DNA of 63,862 nt, filler included. It is 5 parts of 5 records of this genome, joined end to end, with 100 filler letters (N's around TTAATTAATTAA, not from the genome) between each part and the next. Parts side by side here need not be neighbours in the genome. Positions count along the whole stretch, not along the records: positions 11,426 to 29,035 come from SRR22947727_238; positions 29,136 to 47,401 come from SRR22947727_245; 3 more parts are not named here. The stretch is one strand, 5' to 3'. This document shows positions 26,623-35,674 of the stretch, in pieces. Positions within the stretch are counted from its first letter, which is position 1. The number at the start of each line of letters is the position of its first letter. The position numbers and the translations under genes are program-made. The notes beneath the pieces were generated by a model. It did not search any database. It saw only the letters and a program-made list of their open reading frames with translations, and was not told where the DNA came from.

Positions 26623-28551
26623 TTATTTTGATGAAATTTTTAATTTAAATACATAGTTAGACTTAGTTTTGTGTGAAGTTTCATCTAGTTCTAAATTACT
26701 GAAAAATAGTCTAAGTATTTTTTGATTATTGACCTTTTTAAAGAGTAAACTAGGCATTACATAGTTTTCACTATTATCCCAAGAAAATAAAATATTTTTA
26801 CCTTCAATATTAAATTTAATTTTAGAGTCAGTACAACCTAAACCATTATTCATTGATATAAATTTTGAAGGTTGAAATGTATGGTCAAAATATTCTTTTA
26901 ACAAATATTTTCTAATCTTTTTTCCTCCATTTGTGCAATGGTAATAAATTTTTTTATCATTGATATTTAAGAATGTAATATTATTAATTTTAATTGATCC
27001 TTTATTTTTTTTATTTACTTTGTAATTTGTTTGATATGTTAATTCTTCTTTATTTTTAGCAATACTTATAATTTTCTCTAAATTTCCAAAAGGTAGAGTT
27101 TGCCTACAAAAAATTTTAATATAGTTATTAGTTTCCAAATATTTAGGTATTATATTATTCAAATCTGTAGATTTTTTATAATTTGAAAAATTTTCATGTG
27201 TTGTGTTTCCTGTATAGTAATCTGGTCCCTCATATATAGATTTAATTTTTTCTCTATTAAGAGTTCCAATTATTTTTTTGAAATTATGAGATTTAAAACT
27301 TAGAGCTTGAACCGCTAAACCTCTTCTTACATTAAGAATTATCTTTATTTTATTTGTATTAATCTTTAATAAATTTTTTTCATTATTAAATTTTATAATT
27401 TTATTTTTATTAATATTATTCCATTCATTTTTTTTTATATAGTGATTCTCCTTGTGAATAATATTTCTATTAATTTTATTTAAATTTTTTAAATAATTTT
27501 TCCATCTTTTTTCTGTAATATGTGTTCTAAAATCGCTGGCCCATAAATTTAATAAACATTCATAAAAATTTTTATTACCAAATTTTTTAATTAAATTTTT
27601 TTTATCCTTTAAAAATTTAAAACAATAAGTATTAATTATTTGATCAGATCTTCCAGTTATTGCCCATCTACTTACATTATATTTTGGTTGTTTTTTAACA
27701 ATTATTGGACTGGTTGAGTCTGTAATTTCTAAAGGTTTGTGTTTGGTATAATTCTTTATTTTGTTAATTAAAATAAAATTTAATTTCAATTTATCTTTAC
27801 ATAAATTTAAAATTTCATAAATTCTATTCCATTCATCATATAGTCTGTATCTTTCTTCTTTAAATCTACCAACTCTAAAGTTAAAAATTTCTCCATCACC
27901 ACTATATACAGGCAAATTAACTAAAACATTTCTTTTATAATTGCTGATTATTTTCAAATATTTATCAATAGAAATATCTCCGTAAACACAGTTCTGAAAT
28001 TGTTGAAATAAAAAGGAGCTTGCATAAATAATATTTAGTTTTTTATTTTTATTAATTTTCAGATAAGGATTAATATTGTCTTCAATATTTTTTTTTGCAG
28101 ATTTAGTGTTGTCGTAATCTATTATTATTGATCTATATCCTTCATCAAAATAAATTTCTGAAATATCTTCAGAGTAAGCCATTTCGTTAATAAGTGCTAT
28201 TTTTGGTTTATAACCTAAAATTTTTTTATAATAGTTGTTTCCAATAGAAAGATTTTTTTTAGTTATTTCATAAGGTACCAAAGGTGAAATTATTTGATTA
28301 AAGCCACTACCAATAAAATATATTTTTTTTTCATTAATTAATTTTTTTAATAAAAATATAAATTGTTTATCTATTTTTTTTATTTCAAGCAGTGTTCTTG
28401 CTGTAGCTTCTATATTAATTGGTATATTTTGTATTTTAGCTATATTTAATAATGGGTAATAGCATTTATTTATTATATTTTTTCTATCTTTTTCTTCAAC
28501 AGAGGAGAAAAAAAGATTTAGATGGAATATTAGATAAGATTGTCTTTTCAC
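26623..28551 (-). CDS. glycoside hydrolase family 57-like protein
   Basis: FHLNL..SS, CYYPLL, GSGFNQIISPL, NEMAYS and SGDGEIF motifs. Confidence 0.75.
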   Translation of the reverse strand: MKRQSYLIFHLNLFFSSVEEKDRKNIINKCYYPLLNIAKIQNIPINIEATARTLLEIKKIDKQFIFLLKKLINEKKIYFIGSGFNQIISPLVPYEITKKNLSIGNNYYKKILGYKPKIALINEMAYSEDISEIYFDEGYRSIIIDYDNTKSAKKNIEDNINPYLKINKNKKLNIIYASSFLFQQFQNCVYGDISIDKYLKIISNYKRNVLVNLPVYSGDGEIFNFRVGRFKEERYRLYDEWNRIYEILNLCKDKLKLNFILINKIKNYTKHKPLEITDSTSPIIVKKQPKYNVSRWAITGRSDQIINTYCFKFLKDKKNLIKKFGNKNFYECLLNLWASDFRTHITEKRWKNYLKNLNKINRNIIHKENHYIKKNEWNNINKNKIIKFNNEKNLLKINTNKIKIILNVRRGLAVQALSFKSHNFKKIIGTLNREKIKSIYEGPDYYTGNTTHENFSNYKKSTDLNNIIPKYLETNNYIKIFCRQTLPFGNLEKIISIAKNKEELTYQTNYKVNKKNKGSIKINNITFLNINDKKIYYHCTNGGKKIRKYLLKEYFDHTFQPSKFISMNNGLGCTDSKIKFNIEGKNILFSWDNSENYVMPSLLFKKVNNQKILRLFFSNLELDETSHKTKSNYVFKLKISSK

Positions 28552-28629
28552 CGTAACTCTACAGAATATATTTGTTTAATTTTTTTGATAAAATGTTCAA
28601 TATCATAAATATTTAGTTTTAGATATTAT

Positions 28630-29035
28630 TTATGATTTAAGGATATATTTTGGAGTTGTAATGTACTGTTTTTTAATAAGTTTTGCTTTTTCCAATATTT
28701 TTATTATCTCATAGATAGATCTAAAGGAGTTAGGGTTTTCACCCGAAATATCTTTCATTTTAGAATATAAGCCGTTTACCTTATCAGATATTTTTTTTTT
28801 TGTTGATCTATGACTAAATTTGTTTCTGGCTTTAGGTCTATCTAAAATTCTACCAGTACCATGACATATAGAGTTGTTATATTTATTAATATTATTATTA
28901 ATTGTTGCAATTAAGCTTTCTCCACCTGGCCTAGATGGGATAACTATTGTTTTGTAATTCTTATTGTTATTAAAATGTTTTTTAATATAAGTGTCTCCAT
29001 AAACTGGTGACGCACCATGACGATGAACAATTTTC
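28630..29035 (-). CDS. RtcB-family protein, C-terminal part (5'-truncated by linker; absent from the ORF track)
   Basis: Own translation KIVHRHGASP...IVIPSRPG...NSICHGTGRILDRPKAR...GENPNSFRSIYEII...PKYILKS* parallels the RtcB motifs VHRKGA, IPGSMG, SHGAGR, EAP.AYK and the terminal K. Confidence 0.75.
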
Positions 29036-29135
29036 NNNNNNNNNNNNNNNNNNNNNNNNNNNNNNNNNNNNNNNNNNNNTTAATTAATTAANNNNNNNNN
29101 NNNNNNNNNNNNNNNNNNNNNNNNNNNNNNNNNNN
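29036..29135. other. artificial assembly linker
   Basis: N44-TTAATTAATTAA-N44. Confidence 0.99.
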
Positions 29136-29136
29136 T

Positions 29137-30195
29137 GAAAAAGGGATGCCATTTTTAGAAATTGATGCAATAAAGCATATAGAAAAAAAGCTATTAGAGT
29201 CGACTGGCGATACAGAAATTATTGATAAAAAACAATCTATTAAGCCACTTAAAAATAAGTCACCTTTATATACAAATGTAAGTCAGGGCATAGGTTTATC
29301 TAAACATGCAGGTCCAGCAACTAGAAAGCTTGCTAGGGAATTTGGTATAGATCTTTCAAAGATAGTGGGTTCAGGCCCTAAAAATAGAATTCTTAAAGAA
29401 GACTTACATCTATTTGTTAGCAACGCCTTAAACTCACCATCACAAACGACAGGTGAATTTGTTTTCAATCAACCAAATATTGATTATTCAAAATGGGGTG
29501 AAATTGAAGAAAAGCCCCTTTCAAAATTCCAAAAAACAGCTTTAAAAAATTTACATACCTCATGGATTAATATCCCTCATGTAACTCAGCATGATGAGGC
29601 AGACATAACTGAACTATTAATACTTAGAAAAAATCTTAACAAAGAACATAAATTAAAAATATCACCTCTTGCTTATATAGCGAAAGCAATTTCAGCTGTG
29701 CTTATAGATTTTCCAGAATTTAATACTTCGCTTACATCAGATCTAAAAAATATTGTTTATAAAGACTATATAAATATTGGTGTCGCAGTAGATACACCAG
29801 ACGGACTAATAGTGCCAAATATAAAGAATTCTAATAAAAAATCAGTTAAAAAAATATCAGATGAAATATTTGAGCTTGCAAGCCTTGCCAAACAAAGAAA
29901 ACTAAAGGTTGATCAGTTAAAGGGCGCCACATTTACAATCTCATCTTTGAGTGGAATAGGTGGGAAGTTCTTCACACCAATTATAAATCCACCAGAGGTA
30001 GGAATTATGGGCTTATCCAAAACATTTAAATCATTAAGAATGGAAAATGGAAAAGTTACAGAAAGAGATACTTTGCCCATGTCGCTATCTTATGATCATA
30101 GAGTGATTAATGGCGCTTATGCTGCAAAGTTTATAACTGCATTGACTGCAAAACTTGAAGATATTGAATTTTTAAATTCATCATTTGGAGACTAA
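29137..30195 (+). CDS. aceF: pyruvate dehydrogenase E2 dihydrolipoamide acetyltransferase (5'-truncated)
   Basis: E3-binding HAGPATRKLAREFG...GSGPKNRI; catalytic SYDHRVING; lipoyl domain lost at the contig edge. Confidence 0.93.
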   Translation, partial: EKGMPFLEIDAIKHIEKKLLESTGDTEIIDKKQSIKPLKNKSPLYTNVSQGIGLSKHAGPATRKLAREFGIDLSKIVGSGPKNRILKEDLHLFVSNALNSPSQTTGEFVFNQPNIDYSKWGEIEEKPLSKFQKTALKNLHTSWINIPHVTQHDEADITELLILRKNLNKEHKLKISPLAYIAKAISAVLIDFPEFNTSLTSDLKNIVYKDYINIGVAVDTPDGLIVPNIKNSNKKSVKKISDEIFELASLAKQRKLKVDQLKGATFTISSLSGIGGKFFTPIINPPEVGIMGLSKTFKSLRMENGKVTERDTLPMSLSYDHRVINGAYAAKFITALTAKLEDIEFLNSSFGD

Positions 30196-30199
30196 TTTC

Positions 30200-31654
30200 A
30201 TGTTAAATACATTTGATTTAATTTTATTTGGAGGAACGGGAGATCTATCAACAAGAAAATTATTACCTGCATTATTCAGACAAGAAACGGTCTCTTCTAT
30301 AGATCCTGAAAGCAATATAATTTGTGTTGGAACAAAAGATTTATCTCAAGCTGATTATATCGAAATAGCTAAAGCCTCTTTGATTAAACATTTTCCAGCC
30401 TTTGAAGAAAATAAAGAGTCATGGTCTAGGTTTAAAAATAGGATCTCTTATAAAAGACTTGATATAAAATCAGATGAAGATTGGCGCGCGTTTAATTCCA
30501 CCGATAATGAAAGAGTTACCGTCTTTTATCTAGCAATACCGCCAAATTTATATGAAGATATTTCAAAGAAGCTTAAAGATCATAATTTAATAACCCCTAA
30601 TTCACGAATTGTTGTTGAAAAGCCTATTGGAACAGATAAGAATTCAGCTGCTGAAATTAATAAACATCTATCATCAGGCTTTAAAGAAAATCAGATTTAT
30701 AGAATAGATCATTATCTAGGTAAAGAGGCTGTCCAAAACCTCTTAGCGCTGAGATTTGCTAATACTATCTTTGAACAAAGCTGGTCAAGTTCAGCAATTG
30801 ATCATATACAAATCAGTGTGGCTGAAGACCTTGGTGTAGAAGGTAGAGGGGGCTATTATGATAAAACAGGTGCTCTCAGAGATATGGTTCAGAATCATCT
30901 TCTTCAAATCCTATGCCTTATAGCAATGGAACCTCCAGTTTCTATTAGCAGTGAGTCTGTAAGGGATGAAAAACTTAAAGTTTTAAAGTCTTTAGCATTT
31001 TTTAATGAAGATACCATTAAATCTGATTCTGTTCGTGCGAGGTATTCACAAGGTTTATCAAAAGGTGAGGCCGCATGCTCATACATAGATGAAGATGGTG
31101 TTGATACTGAAAATAAAACAGAGACATTTGTGGCACTCAAAGTTCTTATAAATAATTGGAGATGGTCGGGCGTTCCTTTTTATCTTAGAACAGGAAAGAG
31201 AATGGAGTCAAAGACATCAGAAATAACAGTAAGATACAAAAGAATACCCCATAATATTTTTTCTAAAAAAAATGAAGCTAAGACCAATCAACTTGTATTA
31301 AGAATACATCCTGATGAAGGGATTGATTTAAAGCTCAACACTAAAGAGCCAGGTGTCGCAGGTTTTAATCTTGAAGAACTTCCCTTGGATTTAAATCTAG
31401 ATGATTATTATGAATCGGGACATCAGGACTGTTACGAAAGACTTCTTCTTGATGTAATTAAAGGTAACCCTGCTCTATTTGTAAGAAAAGATGAGGTCGA
31501 AGCCTCTTGGAAATGGATTGATAACATTATTGATCTTTGGAAAAAAGAAGACACTCCGATTGAAGAATACAACTCTGGTTCATGGGGACCAGCTGACTCA
31601 GATTTATTACTTAAGCGAGATTTTAGATCATGGAAAAACGGGAGCGGTAAGTAA
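30200..31654 (+). CDS. zwf: glucose-6-phosphate 1-dehydrogenase
   Basis: GGTGDL, VEKP, RIDHYLGKE and RWSGVPFYLRTGK motifs; start ATG 30200 after GGAG. Confidence 0.97.
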   Translation: MLNTFDLILFGGTGDLSTRKLLPALFRQETVSSIDPESNIICVGTKDLSQADYIEIAKASLIKHFPAFEENKESWSRFKNRISYKRLDIKSDEDWRAFNSTDNERVTVFYLAIPPNLYEDISKKLKDHNLITPNSRIVVEKPIGTDKNSAAEINKHLSSGFKENQIYRIDHYLGKEAVQNLLALRFANTIFEQSWSSSAIDHIQISVAEDLGVEGRGGYYDKTGALRDMVQNHLLQILCLIAMEPPVSISSESVRDEKLKVLKSLAFFNEDTIKSDSVRARYSQGLSKGEAACSYIDEDGVDTENKTETFVALKVLINNWRWSGVPFYLRTGKRMESKTSEITVRYKRIPHNIFSKKNEAKTNQLVLRIHPDEGIDLKLNTKEPGVAGFNLEELPLDLNLDDYYESGHQDCYERLLLDVIKGNPALFVRKDEVEASWKWIDNIIDLWKKEDTPIEEYNSGSWGPADSDLLLKRDFRSWKNGSGK

Positions 31655-31660
31655 TACATT

Positions 31661-33463
31661 ATGGCAATTCATCCAAAAATTCTTGAAATTGAAGAGTCTA
31701 TAAGAGTTAGAAGCAAGGAGAGTAGAGAAAGATATTTGCTTAAGTTAGATAGTTCATCTAAACAATCATCTTCAGCAAGAAATAATATGGGCTGCAGCAA
31801 TCTAGCCCATGCTTTTGCATCTTGTGATAAATCTCAACAGGTTGATGCTGTTAACGGATCAAAGGTGGTAGGTATTATAACTGCTTATAATGACATGCTT
31901 TCTGCTCATGAACCTCTCAAAGATTACCCCGATATTATTAAAAAAGCTGCTTTAAATCAGAACGCTATTGCAAGAGTTGCTGGAGGTGTTCCTGCTATGT
32001 GTGATGGAATTACACAGGGAGAGCCAGGAATGGAGCTATCGTTATTTAGCAGAGATGTTATTGCTTTATCCTCAGCAGTTGGTTTTTCTCATAATGTATT
32101 TGATGCAGGGTTATGTCTCGGTGTTTGTGACAAAATTGTTCCTGGTTTAATGATTGGAGCATTGTCATTTGGCCATATGCCGATAGCTTTTATTCCAGCT
32201 GGACCAATGCATACAGGAATATCTAATGATGAAAAAGCTGACACAAGAAAGAAATTTGCTGCAGGAGAGGTTGACAGATCAGACCTTATAGCTTCAGAAC
32301 AAGCTGCATATCACTCATCTGGTACTTGCACATTTTACGGAACTGCAAATACCAATCAGCTTATTCTCGAAATAATGGGAGTCCAATTGCCTAGCGCATC
32401 TTTTACCCCACCTGACTCACCACTAAGAAAAAAACTCACTGAAAAAACACTAGAATGCGTACTCAATCTATCAGAAAAAAATTTAAAGTTAGGCGAAATG
32501 CTGGATTCAAGAAGTTGGGTTAATGCAATGGTTGGATTGTTATCTAGTGGAGGATCAACCAATCTCACAATACACCTAATAGCAATGGCACAAGCTGGAG
32601 GTTATAAAATTACTTTGGATGATATGAATGATTTGTCTAAGATAGTTCCTACTCTTACAAGTGTATATCCAAGTGGTAAAGCTGATGTTAATGAATTTCA
32701 TAATGCAGGAGGCGTTGCAGCTCTGATTGGATCACTTTTGGATGGAGGTTTTCTATTCAGTGAAGTTAATACTCTCATCGGTAACAGTCTTAATGATTAT
32801 AGGAATATTGCCGAGTTAGAAAATGATAATATTGTTTGGAAACAACCTTCTAAAATCTTAGATCAATCTATTATTAGAGATCATCAAAATCCTTTTCACT
32901 CATCTGGAGGGCTTAAGTTGATGAATGGCAATGTTGGCCAAGGCATAATTAAAGTATCCGCTTTAAAAAATCAAAATGAAAATATAACTGCACCTGCTAA
33001 AGTTTTCAATAATCAAGAAGAGGTTGAGTTTGCTTTTGCAAATGGAGATCTTAATAAAGATTGTATTATTGTAGTCAAAGGGCAAGGTCCATCAGCAAAT
33101 GGGATGCCAGAATTACATAAACTAACAGCTCCTCTTGGAGTTCTTCAGTCAAGAGGTCACACGGTTGCTATTTTGACTGATGGAAGGATGTCAGGGGCAT
33201 CTGGAAAAGTTCCCGCAGTTATTCACGTTACCCCTGAAGCAAAAGCTTTGGGACCAATAAGCAAGATTGAGAATGGCGATATTATTGAAATTGATTTAAT
33301 TAATAATTCTTTTAATAACTTAGCAAGTAATGAAGTGCTTAATTCAAGAGAAGCTATTTATATTGAAGGAAGCAGCTCTGGAATTGGTCGAGAGCTATTT
33401 AGTGTTTTTAGAGAAAATGTTGGAGATGTCAAGAAGGGGGCTTCAATTTTTAATGAAAATTAA
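31661..33463 (+). CDS. edd: phosphogluconate dehydratase
   Basis: YNDMLSAH, CDGITQG, CTFYGTAN and TDGRMSGASG motifs. Confidence 0.97.
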   Translation: MAIHPKILEIEESIRVRSKESRERYLLKLDSSSKQSSSARNNMGCSNLAHAFASCDKSQQVDAVNGSKVVGIITAYNDMLSAHEPLKDYPDIIKKAALNQNAIARVAGGVPAMCDGITQGEPGMELSLFSRDVIALSSAVGFSHNVFDAGLCLGVCDKIVPGLMIGALSFGHMPIAFIPAGPMHTGISNDEKADTRKKFAAGEVDRSDLIASEQAAYHSSGTCTFYGTANTNQLILEIMGVQLPSASFTPPDSPLRKKLTEKTLECVLNLSEKNLKLGEMLDSRSWVNAMVGLLSSGGSTNLTIHLIAMAQAGGYKITLDDMNDLSKIVPTLTSVYPSGKADVNEFHNAGGVAALIGSLLDGGFLFSEVNTLIGNSLNDYRNIAELENDNIVWKQPSKILDQSIIRDHQNPFHSSGGLKLMNGNVGQGIIKVSALKNQNENITAPAKVFNNQEEVEFAFANGDLNKDCIIVVKGQGPSANGMPELHKLTAPLGVLQSRGHTVAILTDGRMSGASGKVPAVIHVTPEAKALGPISKIENGDIIEIDLINNSFNNLASNEVLNSREAIYIEGSSSGIGRELFSVFRENVGDVKKGASIFNEN

Positions 33464-34073
33464 AGAACTACTTTTAAAGAATAAAATACTTCCCTTAGCA
33501 ACTATATTTGAAAATGAAGACGTTGGTGGAATAAGTAATGCTCTTTTAGATGCAGATTGTTCAGTATTAGAAGTAACACTAAGAGATGCACGAGTTCGAG
33601 ACACACTCCATCTTTTTCAAAATCATCCAAATCTAGTTATTGGTTTGGGCACTATTAGATCTAAAGAAGATATAGATTTAGCCTTATCTTCAAAAGTGGC
33701 TTTTGGTATTACTCCAGGTTTGTCAGTAGCATTGTGTGAGTATGCAAAAAATAATAATTTTAATTTGATACCAGGTGTTCAATCTGCATCTGAGATCATG
33801 CTTGCTTCTGAGTTAGGCTATAGTCTCTTAAAATTTTTTCCTGCCGAGATTTCAGGGGGCGCAAAAAAGTTAAAGGCTATGCAGTCAGTTTTCCCTGATA
33901 TTTCATTTATACCTACTGGTGGTGTAAATGAGTCTAACTTCGACTCATATCTAAGCCTTGAAAATGTAATTTGTGTTGGCTCAAGTGATCTAATTAGTAG
34001 CAAGCTTTTAGGTGAGAAAAACTGGGAAGGAATTTCTTTAAATATAAATAGAATAAAACACAATCTTGAATAA
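33453..34073 (+). CDS. eda: KDPG aldolase
   Basis: LEVTLR, GLGT, KFFPA and PTGGV motifs; start revised to MKIKELL (33453). Confidence 0.93.
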   Translation: MKIKELLLKNKILPLATIFENEDVGGISNALLDADCSVLEVTLRDARVRDTLHLFQNHPNLVIGLGTIRSKEDIDLALSSKVAFGITPGLSVALCEYAKNNNFNLIPGVQSASEIMLASELGYSLLKFFPAEISGGAKKLKAMQSVFPDISFIPTGGVNESNFDSYLSLENVICVGSSDLISSKLLGEKNWEGISLNINRIKHNLE

Positions 34074-34100
34074 ATAATAGAATTTTAAGGGGAGATAAAG

Positions 34101-35669
34101 ATGTACTTTAATAATTTAGATTGGCTTATTATTGGTGGATATGCAATAGGATTAATTTCTTTGGCCTATTATTTATCTAGAAAACCTAAAGGAGAAGAGA
34201 GAAGTGCTGAAGATTATTTTTTAGCAGGAAGATCTCTTCCATGGTGGGCTATTGGAGCTTCTTTAATTGCTGCTAATATTTCTGCTGAACAAATCATTGG
34301 TATGTCCGGTGAAGGCTTTGTAGTTGGAATGGCTATAGCTGTATGGGAATTAACAGCTGCAATTGCATTAATTATTATGGCCAAATACTTTCTACCATTA
34401 TTCTTAGAAAAACAAATCTATACAATGCCTCAATTTCTTGAGCAAAGATTTGATAGGAGGGTGAGCTTGGTTTTATCTTTTTTTTGGATAATAGTTTATA
34501 TATTTATTAATCTCACAAGTGTTTTGTGGCTTGGATCTCTTTCTATAAATGCTTTAACAGATATTAGCATTGAAAATGCCTTAGTTTTTTTGGCCTTATT
34601 TTCTCTTGCTTATTCGTTATCAGGCGGTCTAAAAGCTGTAGCTATGACTGACATAATTCAAGTTGTATTACTTATATTTGGTGGTCTATCAGTTTCATAT
34701 ATAGCATTGAACTTAATTTCTGATTCAACTGGTATTATTAATGGTTTAAAAATAGTCTATCAAGATATGCCAGAAAAATTTGATATGATTCTTTCTAAAG
34801 ACAATCCATCATATTCTAGCCTTCCAGGTATCTGGATACTTATAGGTGCAGGGGTCTGGATAGGCCACTTTGCATACTGGGGCTTTAATCAATACATCAC
34901 ACAAAGAGCTTTAGGGGCAAAGTCACTAAAAGAGGCTCAAAAGGGTGTAATGTTTGCTGCATATTTAAAATTATTAATGCCTTTTGTGATTGTGCTTCCA
35001 GGTATTTGCGCGGCAATATTATTTCCGTTATTAGAAAAATCAGACCAAGCATACCCAAGCATGATGACACTTCTTCCAAATGGGCTGCTTGGATTAACTT
35101 TTGCTGCACTAATTGCTGCAATTGTATCCTCATTAGCCTCTATGACTAACAGTGTAAGCACCATTTTTACTATGGACGTATTTAAGAACTTCTCTAAAAA
35201 TGAACCATCACAAGCCAGCTTGATAAAAGTAGGAAGATTTACTGCAGTTGCTTCGATTTTTATAGCGGCATTAGTTGCAAAGCCTCTTTTAGGAAGTTTT
35301 GAACGAGTTTTTCAATACATTCAAGAGTTTACTGGATTATTTACTCCTGGAATTTTAGTTATATTTTTAGTTGCATTGTTTTGGAAAAAAGCTACTACAC
35401 TATCTGTATTGATTGCAGCGATTGCTTCAGTTATTTTGTCCCTAGCAATAAAATTCATCATGCCAGAACTAGCATATATTCACAGAATGGGAATAGTTTT
35501 CTTTATCTCGGGGTTTGCCTGTTTTCTGACTGCTTATTTACAAGGGTATCAGGATCAGATAAAAGCAATTAATTTATCTGATATTAATTTTTCTACATCA
35601 AAAGCTTTCAATATTAACTGGATCATTGTCACAGTAATTCTAGCTATAACTTATCTTACATTTGGATAA
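34101..35669 (+). CDS. sodium:sugar symporter (SSS/vSGLT-like)
   Basis: DYFLAGR, ASLIAANISAEQ and YWGFNQYITQR motifs; multiple TM segments. Confidence 0.93.
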   Translation: MYFNNLDWLIIGGYAIGLISLAYYLSRKPKGEERSAEDYFLAGRSLPWWAIGASLIAANISAEQIIGMSGEGFVVGMAIAVWELTAAIALIIMAKYFLPLFLEKQIYTMPQFLEQRFDRRVSLVLSFFWIIVYIFINLTSVLWLGSLSINALTDISIENALVFLALFSLAYSLSGGLKAVAMTDIIQVVLLIFGGLSVSYIALNLISDSTGIINGLKIVYQDMPEKFDMILSKDNPSYSSLPGIWILIGAGVWIGHFAYWGFNQYITQRALGAKSLKEAQKGVMFAAYLKLLMPFVIVLPGICAAILFPLLEKSDQAYPSMMTLLPNGLLGLTFAALIAAIVSSLASMTNSVSTIFTMDVFKNFSKNEPSQASLIKVGRFTAVASIFIAALVAKPLLGSFERVFQYIQEFTGLFTPGILVIFLVALFWKKATTLSVLIAAIASVILSLAIKFIMPELAYIHRMGIVFFISGFACFLTAYLQGYQDQIKAINLSDINFSTSKAFNINWIIVTVILAITYLTFG

Positions 35670-35674
35670 AAGAA

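Noticed and set aside
12248-29035. Long poly-A/T tracts as phase-variation switches
   Set aside because: Expected from Lys/Phe/Asn codons in extremely AT-rich DNA; the reading frames remain intact.
29137-30195. PDH E2 apparently lacking a lipoyl domain
   Set aside because: The frame is open to the contig edge, so this is truncation rather than biology.
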